From an uncultured Porphyromonadaceae bacterium (GTDB taxonomy: Bacteria > Bacteroidota > Bacteroidia > Bacteroidales > Muribaculaceae), in contig CAMWVQ010000004.1 in NCBI GenBank assembly GCA_947177635.1, positions 14,481 to 78,480 of the forward strand: a stretch of 64,000 bases of DNA. The letters run 5' to 3'. Of this stretch, positions 1-9,213 are shown one piece after another (the stretch's first letter is position 1; every line of letters begins with the position of its first letter). Below the pieces are notes generated by a model. That model made no database searches, was not told where the DNA came from, and saw nothing but the letters and a program-made list of their open reading frames with translations. Both the position numbers and the translations under genes were made by a program.

Positions 1-2
1 AG

Positions 3-533
3 AAATTCCCCAAGGCGGTTGTGGTCAACGCGTCGGCCAACGATGTGACCACCCTCAAGGAGGAGGGCATCGACGGTTGTGACACATTCCTCGCGCTGAC
101 CGGTAGCTCGGAGACAAACATCGTTTCCTGCATGGTGGCGAGAGAGCATGGGGTGAGACGCACCCTGGCGCGCATCGAGGAGCTGCAGTATATTCCAGAG
201 GCGGAGAGCCTGGCGATAGACAAGATTGTTAACAAGAAGCTGCTCAACACCGGAAAGGTGCTGAATGTGGTGCTCGACACCAATGTCGCCACGACGCAGT
301 GTCTGTCGCTTGACAAGGCTGAGGTGACCGAGATAAAGGCTCCCGAAGGGGCGAGGATTGTCTCTAAACCCATCAGCGAGCTTGACCTCCCGAGAGGGGT
401 GACTGTTGCCGGACTGGTCAGGGATGGCTCGGGGCAGCTTGTCGAGGGGCGCACGCTGATAATGCCGGGCGACCATGTGGTTATATTCAGTGCTTCCGGC
501 TCGATAGCCAGGATTGAGAAGCTTTTCAGATAA
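3..533 (+). CDS. trkA: Trk potassium uptake protein TrkA, C-terminal part (5' truncated by window edge)
   Basis: Frame open from nt 3. RCK_N end (FLALTGSSETNIVSCMVAREHG) and RCK_C domain (ELDLPRGVTVAGLVRDG...GDHVVIF). Lies directly upstream of trkH. Confidence 0.9.
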   Translation, partial: KFPKAVVVNASANDVTTLKEEGIDGCDTFLALTGSSETNIVSCMVAREHGVRRTLARIEELQYIPEAESLAIDKIVNKKLLNTGKVLNVVLDTNVATTQCLSLDKAEVTEIKAPEGARIVSKPISELDLPRGVTVAGLVRDGSGQLVEGRTLIMPGDHVVIFSASGSIARIEKLFR

Positions 534-563
534 TGTAACGGGCCCGACAGGAGGAATTGAGAT

Positions 564-2027
564 ATGAGGACATCGGTTAGAGTAGGGGCGATAGTCAGGA
601 TACTCGGACGCCTGGTGCTGATAGAGGCGTTGCTGATGCTGTTGCCGTTGGCTGTCTGCCTGATTTACGGAGAGAGCGACTGGCGCGGTTTTGCTGTGGC
701 GGTCGGCGCGGCGGCCCTGACAGGCGGGGTTGCCGAACTGTCGGTACGTCGGCGCGGCACCTCCATCCGCAGCCGTGAAGGGTTCATCATCACGGCTCTT
801 GTGTGGGTGGTGTTCGGATTGTTCGGAATGTTGCCTTTCATGTTGTCGGCGACTCCGCTTGGCTTCACGGATGCCATGTTCGAGGTGATTTCGGGGTTCA
901 CGACCACCGGCGCGAGTATGATAACCGATGTCGAGGCGCAGTCTCACGGCATATTGTTCTGGCGTGCGTTCACCCAATGGATTGGCGGACTCGGCATCAT
1001 ATTTTTCATGCTTGCCGTTCTGCCCGAGCTTAACAAGGCCACAGGCATATCGATGTTCAACGCCGAGGCCACGGGGATAACCCACGGTAAGCTTCATCCA
1101 CGCATCCGGCAGACGGCCCTCTCGATATGGGGTGTCTACGCGTCGCTGACGGTGGTCTCCATACTGCTGCTGTGGGGAGGCCCGATGAACCTCTTCGACA
1201 GTATATGCCAGACATTCGCCGCGATCGCGACGGGCGGGTTTACGACCCGCAACGACGGAATCGCCTACTGGCATTCCGATTACGCGATGATAGTGCTGAC
1301 GGTGGTGATGTTCGTCGCGGGACTGAATTTCATGCTCCTCTACTCGGTGTGGCGTAAAAACATAAGGGAATTCATAGGCAACGATGTGTTCAAGGCGTTC
1401 ACCGGTGTGGTTGTTGTCGTCTACCTCCTTTTTCTGGTCTCCGCCCTGTTGCGGGGGGAGGAGATGACCCTTGACAATCTGCTGGTTTACCCCCTTTTCC
1501 ACATCGTCTCGGCGGTCACCTCCACCGGATTCTCGATAACCGGCGCGGAGGGGTGGGGGCCGTTCGCCCTCTTCCTGACCATGTTGCTGATGACCTGCGG
1601 GGCATGCAGCGGCTCAACTTCCGGCGGTATAAAGATTGACCGGGTGGCCGTCATGTGGCGCAATTTCATCAACGAGATAAGGAAGACGGTTTTTCCAAAA
1701 CGCACCTATGTGGTCAGCATAAACGGCAGCGCGTTACACAACAGCCTTGTGTCTCGAATCTCGGCGTTTGTCTCCCTCTATCTGCTCACGATAGTTGTCG
1801 CGTCGGCGGTTGTGACGCTGTTCGGTTATGAGTTGACCGACTCATTGTTTATGGTAATCTCATGTATCGGGTGCAACGGCCTGGGATATGGGGTGACCGG
1901 AGCGGAAGGTTCCTTCGCGCTGTTGCCTGCGGCCGTCAAATGGATGCTCGTCTGGGTGATGCTCGTCGGCCGCCTCGAACTGTTCACCTTCCTTGTCCTC
2001 CTACTCCCCTCATTCTGGAAAAGATAG
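564..2027 (+). CDS. trkH: TrkH family potassium uptake membrane protein
   Basis: 487 aa, many TM helices, pore-loop motifs FEVISGFTTTG, ATGGF, SAVTSTGF and GACSGSTSGGIK. Confidence 0.93.
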   Translation: MRTSVRVGAIVRILGRLVLIEALLMLLPLAVCLIYGESDWRGFAVAVGAAALTGGVAELSVRRRGTSIRSREGFIITALVWVVFGLFGMLPFMLSATPLGFTDAMFEVISGFTTTGASMITDVEAQSHGILFWRAFTQWIGGLGIIFFMLAVLPELNKATGISMFNAEATGITHGKLHPRIRQTALSIWGVYASLTVVSILLLWGGPMNLFDSICQTFAAIATGGFTTRNDGIAYWHSDYAMIVLTVVMFVAGLNFMLLYSVWRKNIREFIGNDVFKAFTGVVVVVYLLFLVSALLRGEEMTLDNLLVYPLFHIVSAVTSTGFSITGAEGWGPFALFLTMLLMTCGACSGSTSGGIKIDRVAVMWRNFINEIRKTVFPKRTYVVSINGSALHNSLVSRISAFVSLYLLTIVVASAVVTLFGYELTDSLFMVISCIGCNGLGYGVTGAEGSFALLPAAVKWMLVWVMLVGRLELFTFLVLLLPSFWKR

Positions 2028-2207
2028 TCTCCTGCCGGGAGAATGCCGCTCACGATTCCTCACCCTCGTAAAAGAAAAAGGGACTATCCGTCGGTGGACT
2101 CTCCCTTTCTTCCCCAAGGTGTCGTTGTGATACCTTGAGTTGTGTTTATCACCTTTCGTTCAATCAATCTTAATCATTTCACCGCGGAATGAGAGGGTAA
2201 AGACACA

Positions 2208-2240
2208 GCCCCCGGAAGTCGAAACGAGACTTCCGGGGGC
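2208..2240 (-). terminator. Intrinsic terminator-like hairpin after the large adhesin gene
   Basis: Perfect 13-bp stem GCCCCCGGAAGTC / GACTTCCGGGGGC with 7-nt loop, followed on the minus strand by TGTGTCTTT. Confidence 0.65.
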
Positions 2241-2295
2241 CGGCATATTCAAAGTCGGGTACTATCCGGTATGATTCGGAATGAGGGGGTCAAAG

Positions 2296-5200
2296 TCAGC
2301 GGACTATGAGCTTCCTTACGGACGTGCCGACCGACAGGAGGTAGGAACCGGGGGTGAGCTCCGTGCGGCAGTCACCGTTGGCGCGGAAGATGGTGCGTCC
2401 GTCGAGGCTGAAGAGAGTCACAGCCTCTCCTGCGGTTCCGGCCACGGTCAGCATACGCCCTTCGAGAGCGATGGTGAGGTCGGTTGAGGAAACGCCGTCA
2501 ACCGAGGAGGTCGAGATAAGCAGCGGCTGGGAGAGTTCCGACTCGCCGTTGTCATACACGGCGGTGACATGGTAGGTATGGCTCGGCGCCGGATTTGCGT
2601 GGGTGAATGTGGGCTGGGTGAGAGGTGTGTCGTTGAGACGGATTCTGTCGCAATAGACATTGTAGCCCAGCAGTTCACCGAAGAAGCCCTTGTCGCGGAT
2701 GAAAGTGAAATCATCGAGTTCGAGCATATATGCCCCTGCGGCTGTTGAGCGCACGGCGAAATGACGGGTGCCCTCAGGCACGGAGAAGGTGTACTCGGTC
2801 CATTCGTCGGGCACGGTGCCTCCGACATTCGGCACTGCCACGTAGGATTCCAGGTCGTCGGCGTCGCCGGAGGTGTAGAGAATCTGGATGCGTTCGGAGT
2901 AGCTGCCGGAGTAGCTCTTGGCGAAGAAGCTGATGGTCTGCGCGTCGCTGTGGAGCAGCGGGGAGACGGCCCATTCGTCAGAATCCTGGTAATCCGCGCG
3001 ATAGAGCGAGGCGATGAATTTGTCGCCGCTGCGGGGCGCGAAGCGTGAATCAGGCTGGAGCTGTGAGGCATCCCATACGAAGAATGACGCTTTGGTGACC
3101 TTGGGTGTGATGCCGGGGATTTCAAAGCTGGAGAATCCTCCCACGGGGCTGTCATCGGCGTCGATGAAGAGCCATCCTTCGGCCTCATGGGCCCACGATT
3201 CGGCGTCTTCGAAGCTTTCTGTCATCTCGACGGGGATTGATTTTCCGGTCTCGACAGCGTCCCAGGTCAGGAGATTTCCGTCAGAAGTGGAGGTTCCGTA
3301 GAGGTTGGTCACCACCGGGCCGTCGTTGACGGTGCGGCTGACGGTGATTGGCGATGAGATGTTGTTGTCAGGAATCTCGTCACCGGCGTAGACCACCTCT
3401 GAGGTGTAGACGCTGTTGACCGCGTCCTGCACGCCGAGTGTCTGCTCAAACATCACAGTGGTGGATTCCTCGGCCGGGAGGGTGGCGGTGATGTTGCGGG
3501 TGGCCACGATTTCACCGTCGCGGAGGAGATTGACGTCAAATGCCTGCACATCGGTGGCGCCGAGGTTCTTCACCGTGGCGTTGAGGCTGAAAGGTGTCCC
3601 TGATGAGACTTTCGCGGGGGCCGCGAGTGAAACCGCGAGGTCGTTCTCGAAGTTCTCGCCGATGTAGATGTTGTCATACAGGGTGTACTGTATGCCGTTG
3701 CACTGGAGGGCTATCTTGACGCGAACATCCTTCCCGGCGTATTCCGAAAGGTCGGAAGACATGCGGTTCCAGCGGTTGGGGGTCAGGTAGTTGTGGGGAA
3801 TCTGGCGCACCACCTCCTCCTTGCCGTCACATATTACCGAGATTGAGGTGACGTTGGTGTCGGAGGCTCCCGAGTCGAATCCGTAAATCCAGAAAATCAG
3901 GGTGGGGGAGGTCAGACCCGAGAGTGACACACGGCCGGTGGCGATATACGCGCTCTGGTCGAGGTAGGGGGTGTTGATGAGAATGTATGAGTCATCGTCA
4001 TCCTGCGAAGCCACACCGTTCGCGCTGCTGCCAAGGTTGATTTTGGCGTAAGCGTCAGATGTCCATCCCTCGAAGAAATATCTCTCGATTTCATTTTTGC
4101 CGCTGATGCGGTGGGGAGTGGAGTATGCGTCGCCGAAGATGGCCGATCCGACGGTGAGGTCGGTTGCCCCTACTCCGCGGTGGTATGACTTGACGGCGAA
4201 GTAGATGTAGTCCTGGACGGATGACGGGGTGACTGATGCCTCGTATGAGGTGGCAGACAGGGGGGAGGTGGTGATTTTGTCGCCGAGCACAAGCTGTCCG
4301 TTGCTGTTGACGCCGACTGAGTAGACATCATAGGTGATGTCTGACGCCTGCACGGGATTGCCGTCGATGTCGGTGGTGACAGCCTTCCATGAGAGGTTCA
4401 CCTTGTCGGGAGCAGACTGGTACGCGCTCACGCTTGCGGTGAGTGCCGCAGGTTTCGGGCCGATGTAGGCGGTCGCGGATACACCTCGTGAGATGTCGTC
4501 GCCGTAGGCGCAGGTCACGGTGTAGGTGTATTCACCGGCGGTCTCCACGATGTCGGTCAGAGACACGGGTGTGCCGGGTTCGGCATCCTCGTGGTAGATT
4601 TCGGTCTCACCGTCGCGGGTCACGACCACCTCCAGTTTTCCGCCGACAGGTGCGCCGGAAACATTGGTGGAGGGCACGGTGAAGGAAACCTGCGCTTTCA
4701 GCGCGCCTGTCTCGTCGGGAACGACAGAGAGGTCAGACACAGCCGTAGGAATCTCCCCTGACAGGCGAGCCTCGATTTCGTAGGAGAGGATATAGAGATT
4801 GTACATATAGGCGTCAGAGATGCCGTGGAAACCGATATGGTAGTTACCGGCCTCGTCGGTGACAATCTGCCCTGTAATCTCGGCACCCTCATAACTTTCG
4901 TCGGTGACTACTGTCGGGCCTACAACGTCGATGGTCATAGCCTCGACTGTGGTTCCGCGCCCTGCCTTGACCTCGATGCGTTCGGGACATGAGGAGTCAT
5001 AAGCCTGCACACGGGCCTTGAAGGGGTAGGTGGAGTTGGCCGCGAGGGCAACAGGGGGAGAGATGAGCCAGTCATCCATCTGCATGGTGAAGTTGTATGT
5101 CATCATGGCCTTCCCGAAGTTGAGAATCCACGATTTGCCATCCTCGTTGGCGTCAATCACTGTGTGCTCGGGGAATGTCACCTCGTTGAAAGCCATGTTC

Positions 5201-6837
5201 ATCGGCACCTGGTAGCTGCCTAATGTTATCTGGTTTGACGCGGTATAGCCCGACATCTTCGTGTCGTAGACAGCGGCGACCTTGTAAGATGTCTTCTCGA
5301 TACCTGAGGCGGGAGCCGTCAACGGGAAAGTGGCGGAGGTAGAGGTGAGTCCGGAGGCAACGATTTCACCTTCAGGGGTCGCCACGTTGTAGGTGACTCC
5401 GGCCGGGTCGATATAACCGCCGTCGGAGGTGGTGGTCACGGCGTCCCAGGAGAGGAGGGCGGTGTTGTCGTTCCATGACAGCACGACATTGGCAGGGGCG
5501 GAGGGTGTGCCTTTGCCGATGTAGCAGGAGTAGCGGGCCATGCGCGACTCGCCGTGCTGGTTTGACAGCACGACAGAGAAGTGGAGAAGTCCGGAATTGT
5601 CAATCTGCACGGTCTTTACCAACTGGCTGCCTGCTGCGCCGGTTCCGGTCAGAATGGAGACGCCGTCGGCCGAGAGGGTGAAATTGAAATCCGTCCCTGT
5701 GGCGTCAGCCCCGCCATGGAATGTCGCTGGCATCGCGATTGTCACCACGGCATCCATCGAGCCGTTCTCGCAGGTGACGGTCAGCCCGGGGGTGCCGGGC
5801 GCCAAGGGGTTGATTTCAGCGGCAGGGATGTAAAGGCCAAGCACCTGCTCGCCGTTGGGGAAATCGACAATCTTGGAGTATTCCCCGTTGTCGAGGTTGA
5901 ATGAATGGAGGGAAGAGGAGAGTCCATACTGGTCATATGTGGCCAGGAGGAACTGCCGGTTGGCGTTGTCGACGCATCCGCCGTGCTGTGAACTTGAGTT
6001 GACGGATGAGGGGATTATCGGGTCGGAGGGGTATTCGGTGTATTCTCCGGAGTTCTTGTCAATCTTGACGAACCGGCCGAATTCGGTTATCCCGTAGAAC
6101 TGGCCGCTGTCGTCGCAGCCTACAGCCGCGAAATATATCGGAAGCTCCTTCTTTACCACGGTGACGCTCTTGGTGGGATAGTCTATTTTCACCCAGTCAT
6201 AGCCGTTAAAGGTGGCGTTGGAGCAGCAGGCGTAGACTTCGCCGGTGGTTGGGTCTTCGGCCGAACCGAAGGAATAGAGGCTGAAGTCCGGCATGACCTC
6301 GTCGTAGATCAGAGACCAGTCGGAGGTGTTGAATGCCGCCAGATGGCAGTCTTGTGCCCATCCATAGTTGTCTGAGACGATGTAGGTGCTGTAATATGTG
6401 CCGTTGCCGTCGTCATAGCCCTCGGTCAGCGGCACTTCGGACGGGCCGATGAGGGTGAACGCCTCACCTTCGGCTGTCGGCACCTGGTAGACGCCGTAGA
6501 CGGGGTTCACACCCCAGGCGGTGCTTGCCAGCACTGTGCCTCTCAGGCCCGCGGCGGGAGCGACTTTCTGGAGTATGCGGCTTGCGGTCATAGGAGCGCG
6601 GGGAGCTATTTTCGAAGGAGTTGTCGCAACTTTGATTCCGGGCATCGGGTTGCCGCAGGCCATGCCGGGAGCTGTCAGACGGCGGGGAGCGTAAGGCACA
6701 GTGCGGTCGATTGCCGCGAGTCTGGAACGAACGCCTTCCGAGGGAGGCCCGGAGGTGGGCGGGGTGGCGGCCCACGCCGAGATTGAGATGGAGGTCGCGC
6801 CGATGATAGCGGCGGCGGCATTCAGGATTTTTGCCAT
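2296..6837 (-). CDS. Large secreted modular adhesin-like protein (about 1513 aa) with FN3-like, cleaved-adhesin/choice-of-anchor-J-like and CARDB-like domains and a T9SS C-terminal domain
   Basis: Start reassigned to ATG 6837 (MAKILNAAAAIIGATSISISAWA signal peptide); a promoter -7 box at 6921-6928 lies inside the longer ORF call. Adhesin motifs: VIDANEDGKSW..DDWLISP, IDADDSP..DEWAVSP..ISFFAKS and LLGYNVY..TAVYDNGES. CARDB-like: NDLAVSLAAP..ATVKNLG. CTD: LFSLDGR..GSYLLSVGTSVRKLIVR. Confidence 0.8.
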   Translation of the reverse strand: MAKILNAAAAIIGATSISISAWAATPPTSGPPSEGVRSRLAAIDRTVPYAPRRLTAPGMACGNPMPGIKVATTPSKIAPRAPMTASRILQKVAPAAGLRGTVLASTAWGVNPVYGVYQVPTAEGEAFTLIGPSEVPLTEGYDDGNGTYYSTYIVSDNYGWAQDCHLAAFNTSDWSLIYDEVMPDFSLYSFGSAEDPTTGEVYACCSNATFNGYDWVKIDYPTKSVTVVKKELPIYFAAVGCDDSGQFYGITEFGRFVKIDKNSGEYTEYPSDPIIPSSVNSSSQHGGCVDNANRQFLLATYDQYGLSSSLHSFNLDNGEYSKIVDFPNGEQVLGLYIPAAEINPLAPGTPGLTVTCENGSMDAVVTIAMPATFHGGADATGTDFNFTLSADGVSILTGTGAAGSQLVKTVQIDNSGLLHFSVVLSNQHGESRMARYSCYIGKGTPSAPANVVLSWNDNTALLSWDAVTTTSDGGYIDPAGVTYNVATPEGEIVASGLTSTSATFPLTAPASGIEKTSYKVAAVYDTKMSGYTASNQITLGSYQVPMNMAFNEVTFPEHTVIDANEDGKSWILNFGKAMMTYNFTMQMDDWLISPPVALAANSTYPFKARVQAYDSSCPERIEVKAGRGTTVEAMTIDVVGPTVVTDESYEGAEITGQIVTDEAGNYHIGFHGISDAYMYNLYILSYEIEARLSGEIPTAVSDLSVVPDETGALKAQVSFTVPSTNVSGAPVGGKLEVVVTRDGETEIYHEDAEPGTPVSLTDIVETAGEYTYTVTCAYGDDISRGVSATAYIGPKPAALTASVSAYQSAPDKVNLSWKAVTTDIDGNPVQASDITYDVYSVGVNSNGQLVLGDKITTSPLSATSYEASVTPSSVQDYIYFAVKSYHRGVGATDLTVGSAIFGDAYSTPHRISGKNEIERYFFEGWTSDAYAKINLGSSANGVASQDDDDSYILINTPYLDQSAYIATGRVSLSGLTSPTLIFWIYGFDSGASDTNVTSISVICDGKEEVVRQIPHNYLTPNRWNRMSSDLSEYAGKDVRVKIALQCNGIQYTLYDNIYIGENFENDLAVSLAAPAKVSSGTPFSLNATVKNLGATDVQAFDVNLLRDGEIVATRNITATLPAEESTTVMFEQTLGVQDAVNSVYTSEVVYAGDEIPDNNISSPITVSRTVNDGPVVTNLYGTSTSDGNLLTWDAVETGKSIPVEMTESFEDAESWAHEAEGWLFIDADDSPVGGFSSFEIPGITPKVTKASFFVWDASQLQPDSRFAPRSGDKFIASLYRADYQDSDEWAVSPLLHSDAQTISFFAKSYSGSYSERIQILYTSGDADDLESYVAVPNVGGTVPDEWTEYTFSVPEGTRHFAVRSTAAGAYMLELDDFTFIRDKGFFGELLGYNVYCDRIRLNDTPLTQPTFTHANPAPSHTYHVTAVYDNGESELSQPLLISTSSVDGVSSTDLTIALEGRMLTVAGTAGEAVTLFSLDGRTIFRANGDCRTELTPGSYLLSVGTSVRKLIVR

Positions 6838-6920
6838 AATATAAGAAGCTTGATAATGATTAGTTTCCGGATGGGGCAGAAAGGGTAGTCCGGTCTGTCT
6901 GTACAGACTACCCACGCTCG

Positions 6921-6928
6921 CAAAGATA
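6921..6928 (-). promoter_or_regulatory. Bacteroidetes sigmaA -7 box for the adhesin gene
   Basis: TATCTTTG on the minus strand; no consensus -33 TTTG at the expected spacing. Confidence 0.55.
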
Positions 6929-7525
6929 GGCATAAATACCGTAAAATAAATTAACCTATGTTTGGAATTGACTTTCCGGATGAAAGAATGGCGGAGTTTT
7001 TCACATAAGGGAACCTTTTGGATATTCAGGGTTGTTCCCACTTTTCCCTTGTAAGCAGGTTTGCCTTTCGCAGCCGCAAATTGCCTGTCGATCTTGGCAA
7101 TAACCAGAGGGGCGTGATTGCCGGTTAATGACGTTTGCCATCATTTATGTAATGTTTACGGACGCAGACTAAACTTTCCTGTTCTGTGGCGTCTTATTTA
7201 TCACACATAGATAAGAAGAAAAGAAACAGAACCAGACAGAAGTGAAATAATGATTAGGATTGGTTAGATAGAATCTGTTTCTGGCAATATTGCGAAGGGA
7301 TTCGCAATATTGTGTTTTTATATGGGAGTCTCTGCCGGATAGAGCCTTGGGCGGCCATCCGCCCGGCGGAGATGAACGTCTGGCACTTGGGGGGATTTGG
7401 TATCACAAATCATTCAAAAGGCGTCATATGGAATCCGGTGGATTCAGATAGACAGGTATATATCTCCAAGTTATTTAACTTGTTGGTTAATAGAGGTGTA
7501 GTGTGTGATAGGCTGGGAATGAACG

Positions 7526-7555
7526 AAAGAGGGGCTGCCGAGTGGCAGCCCCTTT
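7526..7555 (-). terminator. Intrinsic terminator immediately after tRNA-Arg
   Basis: 9-bp stem GGGGCTGCC / GGCAGCCCC with 4-nt loop, then TCTTTCGTT on the minus strand. Confidence 0.75.
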
Positions 7556-7629
7556 GGTATTCCCGTAGGGAGTCGAACCCTAATCGTCGGAACCGGAATC
7601 CGATATTCTATCCATTGAACTACGGGAAC
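7555..7629 (-). tRNA. tRNA-Arg (anticodon CCG), with encoded CCA end
   Basis: Minus strand reads GTTCCCGTAGTTCAATGGATAGAATATCGGATTCCGGTTCCGACGATTAGGGTTCGACTCCCTACGGGAATACCA. Acceptor stem GTTCCCG/CGGGAAT, anticodon stem TCGGA/TCCGA with loop TTCCGGT, T-loop GTTCGAC. Confidence 0.96.
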
Positions 7630-7643
7630 AATAATTTGTAATG

Positions 7644-7675
7644 CAAAGTTAGGGATTATTTCTGATGCTTGCAAA
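7644..7675 (-). promoter_or_regulatory. sigmaA promoter of tRNA-Arg
   Basis: TTTG-N20-TAACTTTG on the minus strand, placing the start about 8 nt before the tRNA. Confidence 0.8.
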
Positions 7676-7824
7676 TAAATCACCAACAATCACCCACAAT
7701 AATCCCCGCTGCCGCCGTCGTACCGTGGCCTCACTGTGGTTCTTCAAACCCCTACTCTTCAAGCTCTCGGGGTGGCCCGTCAGGTTGATTTTCGGACTTT
7801 GCTGTATGTCGCGGTTCGAAATGC

Positions 7825-8274
7825 TCAGTCTCCGTCGGCCATCTGCGCGTCAGGGTGGGCGGCCAGATAGTCGAGGTAGTCAGACATGGGGGAGAGGTAT
7901 TCCTCCGGGTCGAACTCCGTGGAACTCAATGTCAGGCAGACCGCGCCGGGGGTGAAGTCGTGAAGCTCGCGCCAGTAGGGGGGAGGCAGCAGCAGTCCTA
8001 TGTCGGGGCTGTCAAGGGTGAATGTCTCCCAGTTTTCCCCGTCGAAGACTTTCACGTCGAAGCTTCCGGCAAGGGCCACGAGCATCTGGCTTTCACGGAT
8101 ATGCGCGTGGCCTCCCCGCTGGGCTCCCTCGGGCATGTCGTAGAGATAGAATATCCGTTTTATCTCGAAGGGGGCTGTCAGGGGGAACTGCAGGAATGTG
8201 AGACTGCCGCGGTTGTCGCTGATTCGCGGCAACCGCAGCAGGTGGGGTTTATGTCCGTGACTGTTTCCGGACAT
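7825..8274 (-). CDS. FdtA/QdtA (WxcM-like) cupin, dTDP-sugar 3,4-ketoisomerase family
   Basis: Motifs DNRGSLTF, FEIKRIFYLYD, RGGHAH, Q.LVALAGSFDV and W.ELHDF..GAVCL.LSS. Confidence 0.85.
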   Translation of the reverse strand: MSGNSHGHKPHLLRLPRISDNRGSLTFLQFPLTAPFEIKRIFYLYDMPEGAQRGGHAHIRESQMLVALAGSFDVKVFDGENWETFTLDSPDIGLLLPPPYWRELHDFTPGAVCLTLSSTEFDPEEYLSPMSDYLDYLAAHPDAQMADGD

Positions 8275-8277
8275 CGA

Positions 8278-9198
8278 TTACTTGTTTACGCGGAATGGGG
8301 CGGAGCCGTCGCGGAAGAAGTCTACGATCTGGCGGGCGGCGGCGATGCCGGCGTTGATGTTGGCTTCGGCTGTCTGCGCTCCCATTTTCTTGGGTGTGAA
8401 GAACACGCGGCCTGCGAATTCCTCCTCCATGACGGCGGCGTTGTCGGGCTTGACGTCGGCTACATATTTCAGGTCGGGACGTTCCGCGAGGGCTTTGCGG
8501 AGCCCCTCCTCGTCAATCACCTCCTTGCGGGCGGTGTTGACCAACACGCCGTTCTTGGGGAGCTTCATCATCAGCTCGTAACCCACCGAGCCTTTGGTCT
8601 CGGGGGTGGCGGGGATGTGGAGCGAGACAATCTGGTTGCCTGAGTAAAGCTCCTCAACGCTCTTGACGGGGGCTACACCGGCGTTGACCATCACTTCGTC
8701 GGGGCAATAGGGGTCGAGGGCAGACACCTCCATGCCGAAACCTTTGGCGATGCGGGCCACATTGCGGCCTACCTGGCCGAAGGCGTGGATGCCGAGTTTC
8801 TTCTCTTTCAGCTCGGTGCCTGATGTCCCGTTGTACATGTTGCGGACTGCCATCACCGTCATACCGAACACCAGTTCGGCCACGGCGTTGGAGTTCTGGC
8901 CTGGGGTGTTCTCCACGCAGACGTCGTGGACGGTGGCTGCGGCCAGGTCGACATTGTCGTAACCGGCACCGGCGCGTACCACGATTTTCAGCGCGGGAGC
9001 TGCGTCAAGCACCTCCGCGTCTACCTTGTCTGAGCGGATAATCAATGCGTCAGCGTCTTTAACCGCGTCAAGCAGTTCCTGGCGTGAGCCGTATTTCTCC
9101 AGAAGCGCGAGCTCGTGGCCTGCCTCTTCGACTACCTTGCGGATGCCTTCTACCGCCACTGGGGCGAAAGGCTTCTCGGTGGCAACTAATACTTTCAT
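8278..9198 (-). CDS. serA: D-3-phosphoglycerate dehydrogenase, short form without ACT domain
   Basis: D-2-hydroxyacid dehydrogenase motifs RAGAGYDNVD, NTPGQNSNAVAE, VSLHIP and LVNTAR; directly downstream of serC. Confidence 0.82.
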   Translation of the reverse strand: MKVLVATEKPFAPVAVEGIRKVVEEAGHELALLEKYGSRQELLDAVKDADALIIRSDKVDAEVLDAAPALKIVVRAGAGYDNVDLAAATVHDVCVENTPGQNSNAVAELVFGMTVMAVRNMYNGTSGTELKEKKLGIHAFGQVGRNVARIAKGFGMEVSALDPYCPDEVMVNAGVAPVKSVEELYSGNQIVSLHIPATPETKGSVGYELMMKLPKNGVLVNTARKEVIDEEGLRKALAERPDLKYVADVKPDNAAVMEEEFAGRVFFTPKKMGAQTAEANINAGIAAARQIVDFFRDGSAPFRVNK

Positions 9199-9213
9199 AA
9201 TCAGGATGCCGGT

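Noticed and set aside
6838-7041. 68-aa N-terminal extension of the adhesin in the ORF track
   Set aside because: It spans a promoter -7 box, and a clean signal peptide starts at 6837.
2028-7629. Adhesin as cargo of an island integrated at tRNA-Arg
   Set aside because: I found no integrase and no duplicate of the tRNA 3' end (attR) near trkH, and adhesin GC is similar to core genes. Only the unexplained spacer is kept as a finding.
7312-7955. ORFs 7312-7641, 7471-7689 and 7665-7955
   Set aside because: They overlap the tRNA, its promoter and terminator, or lie antisense to the cupin gene, and show no protein-like motifs.
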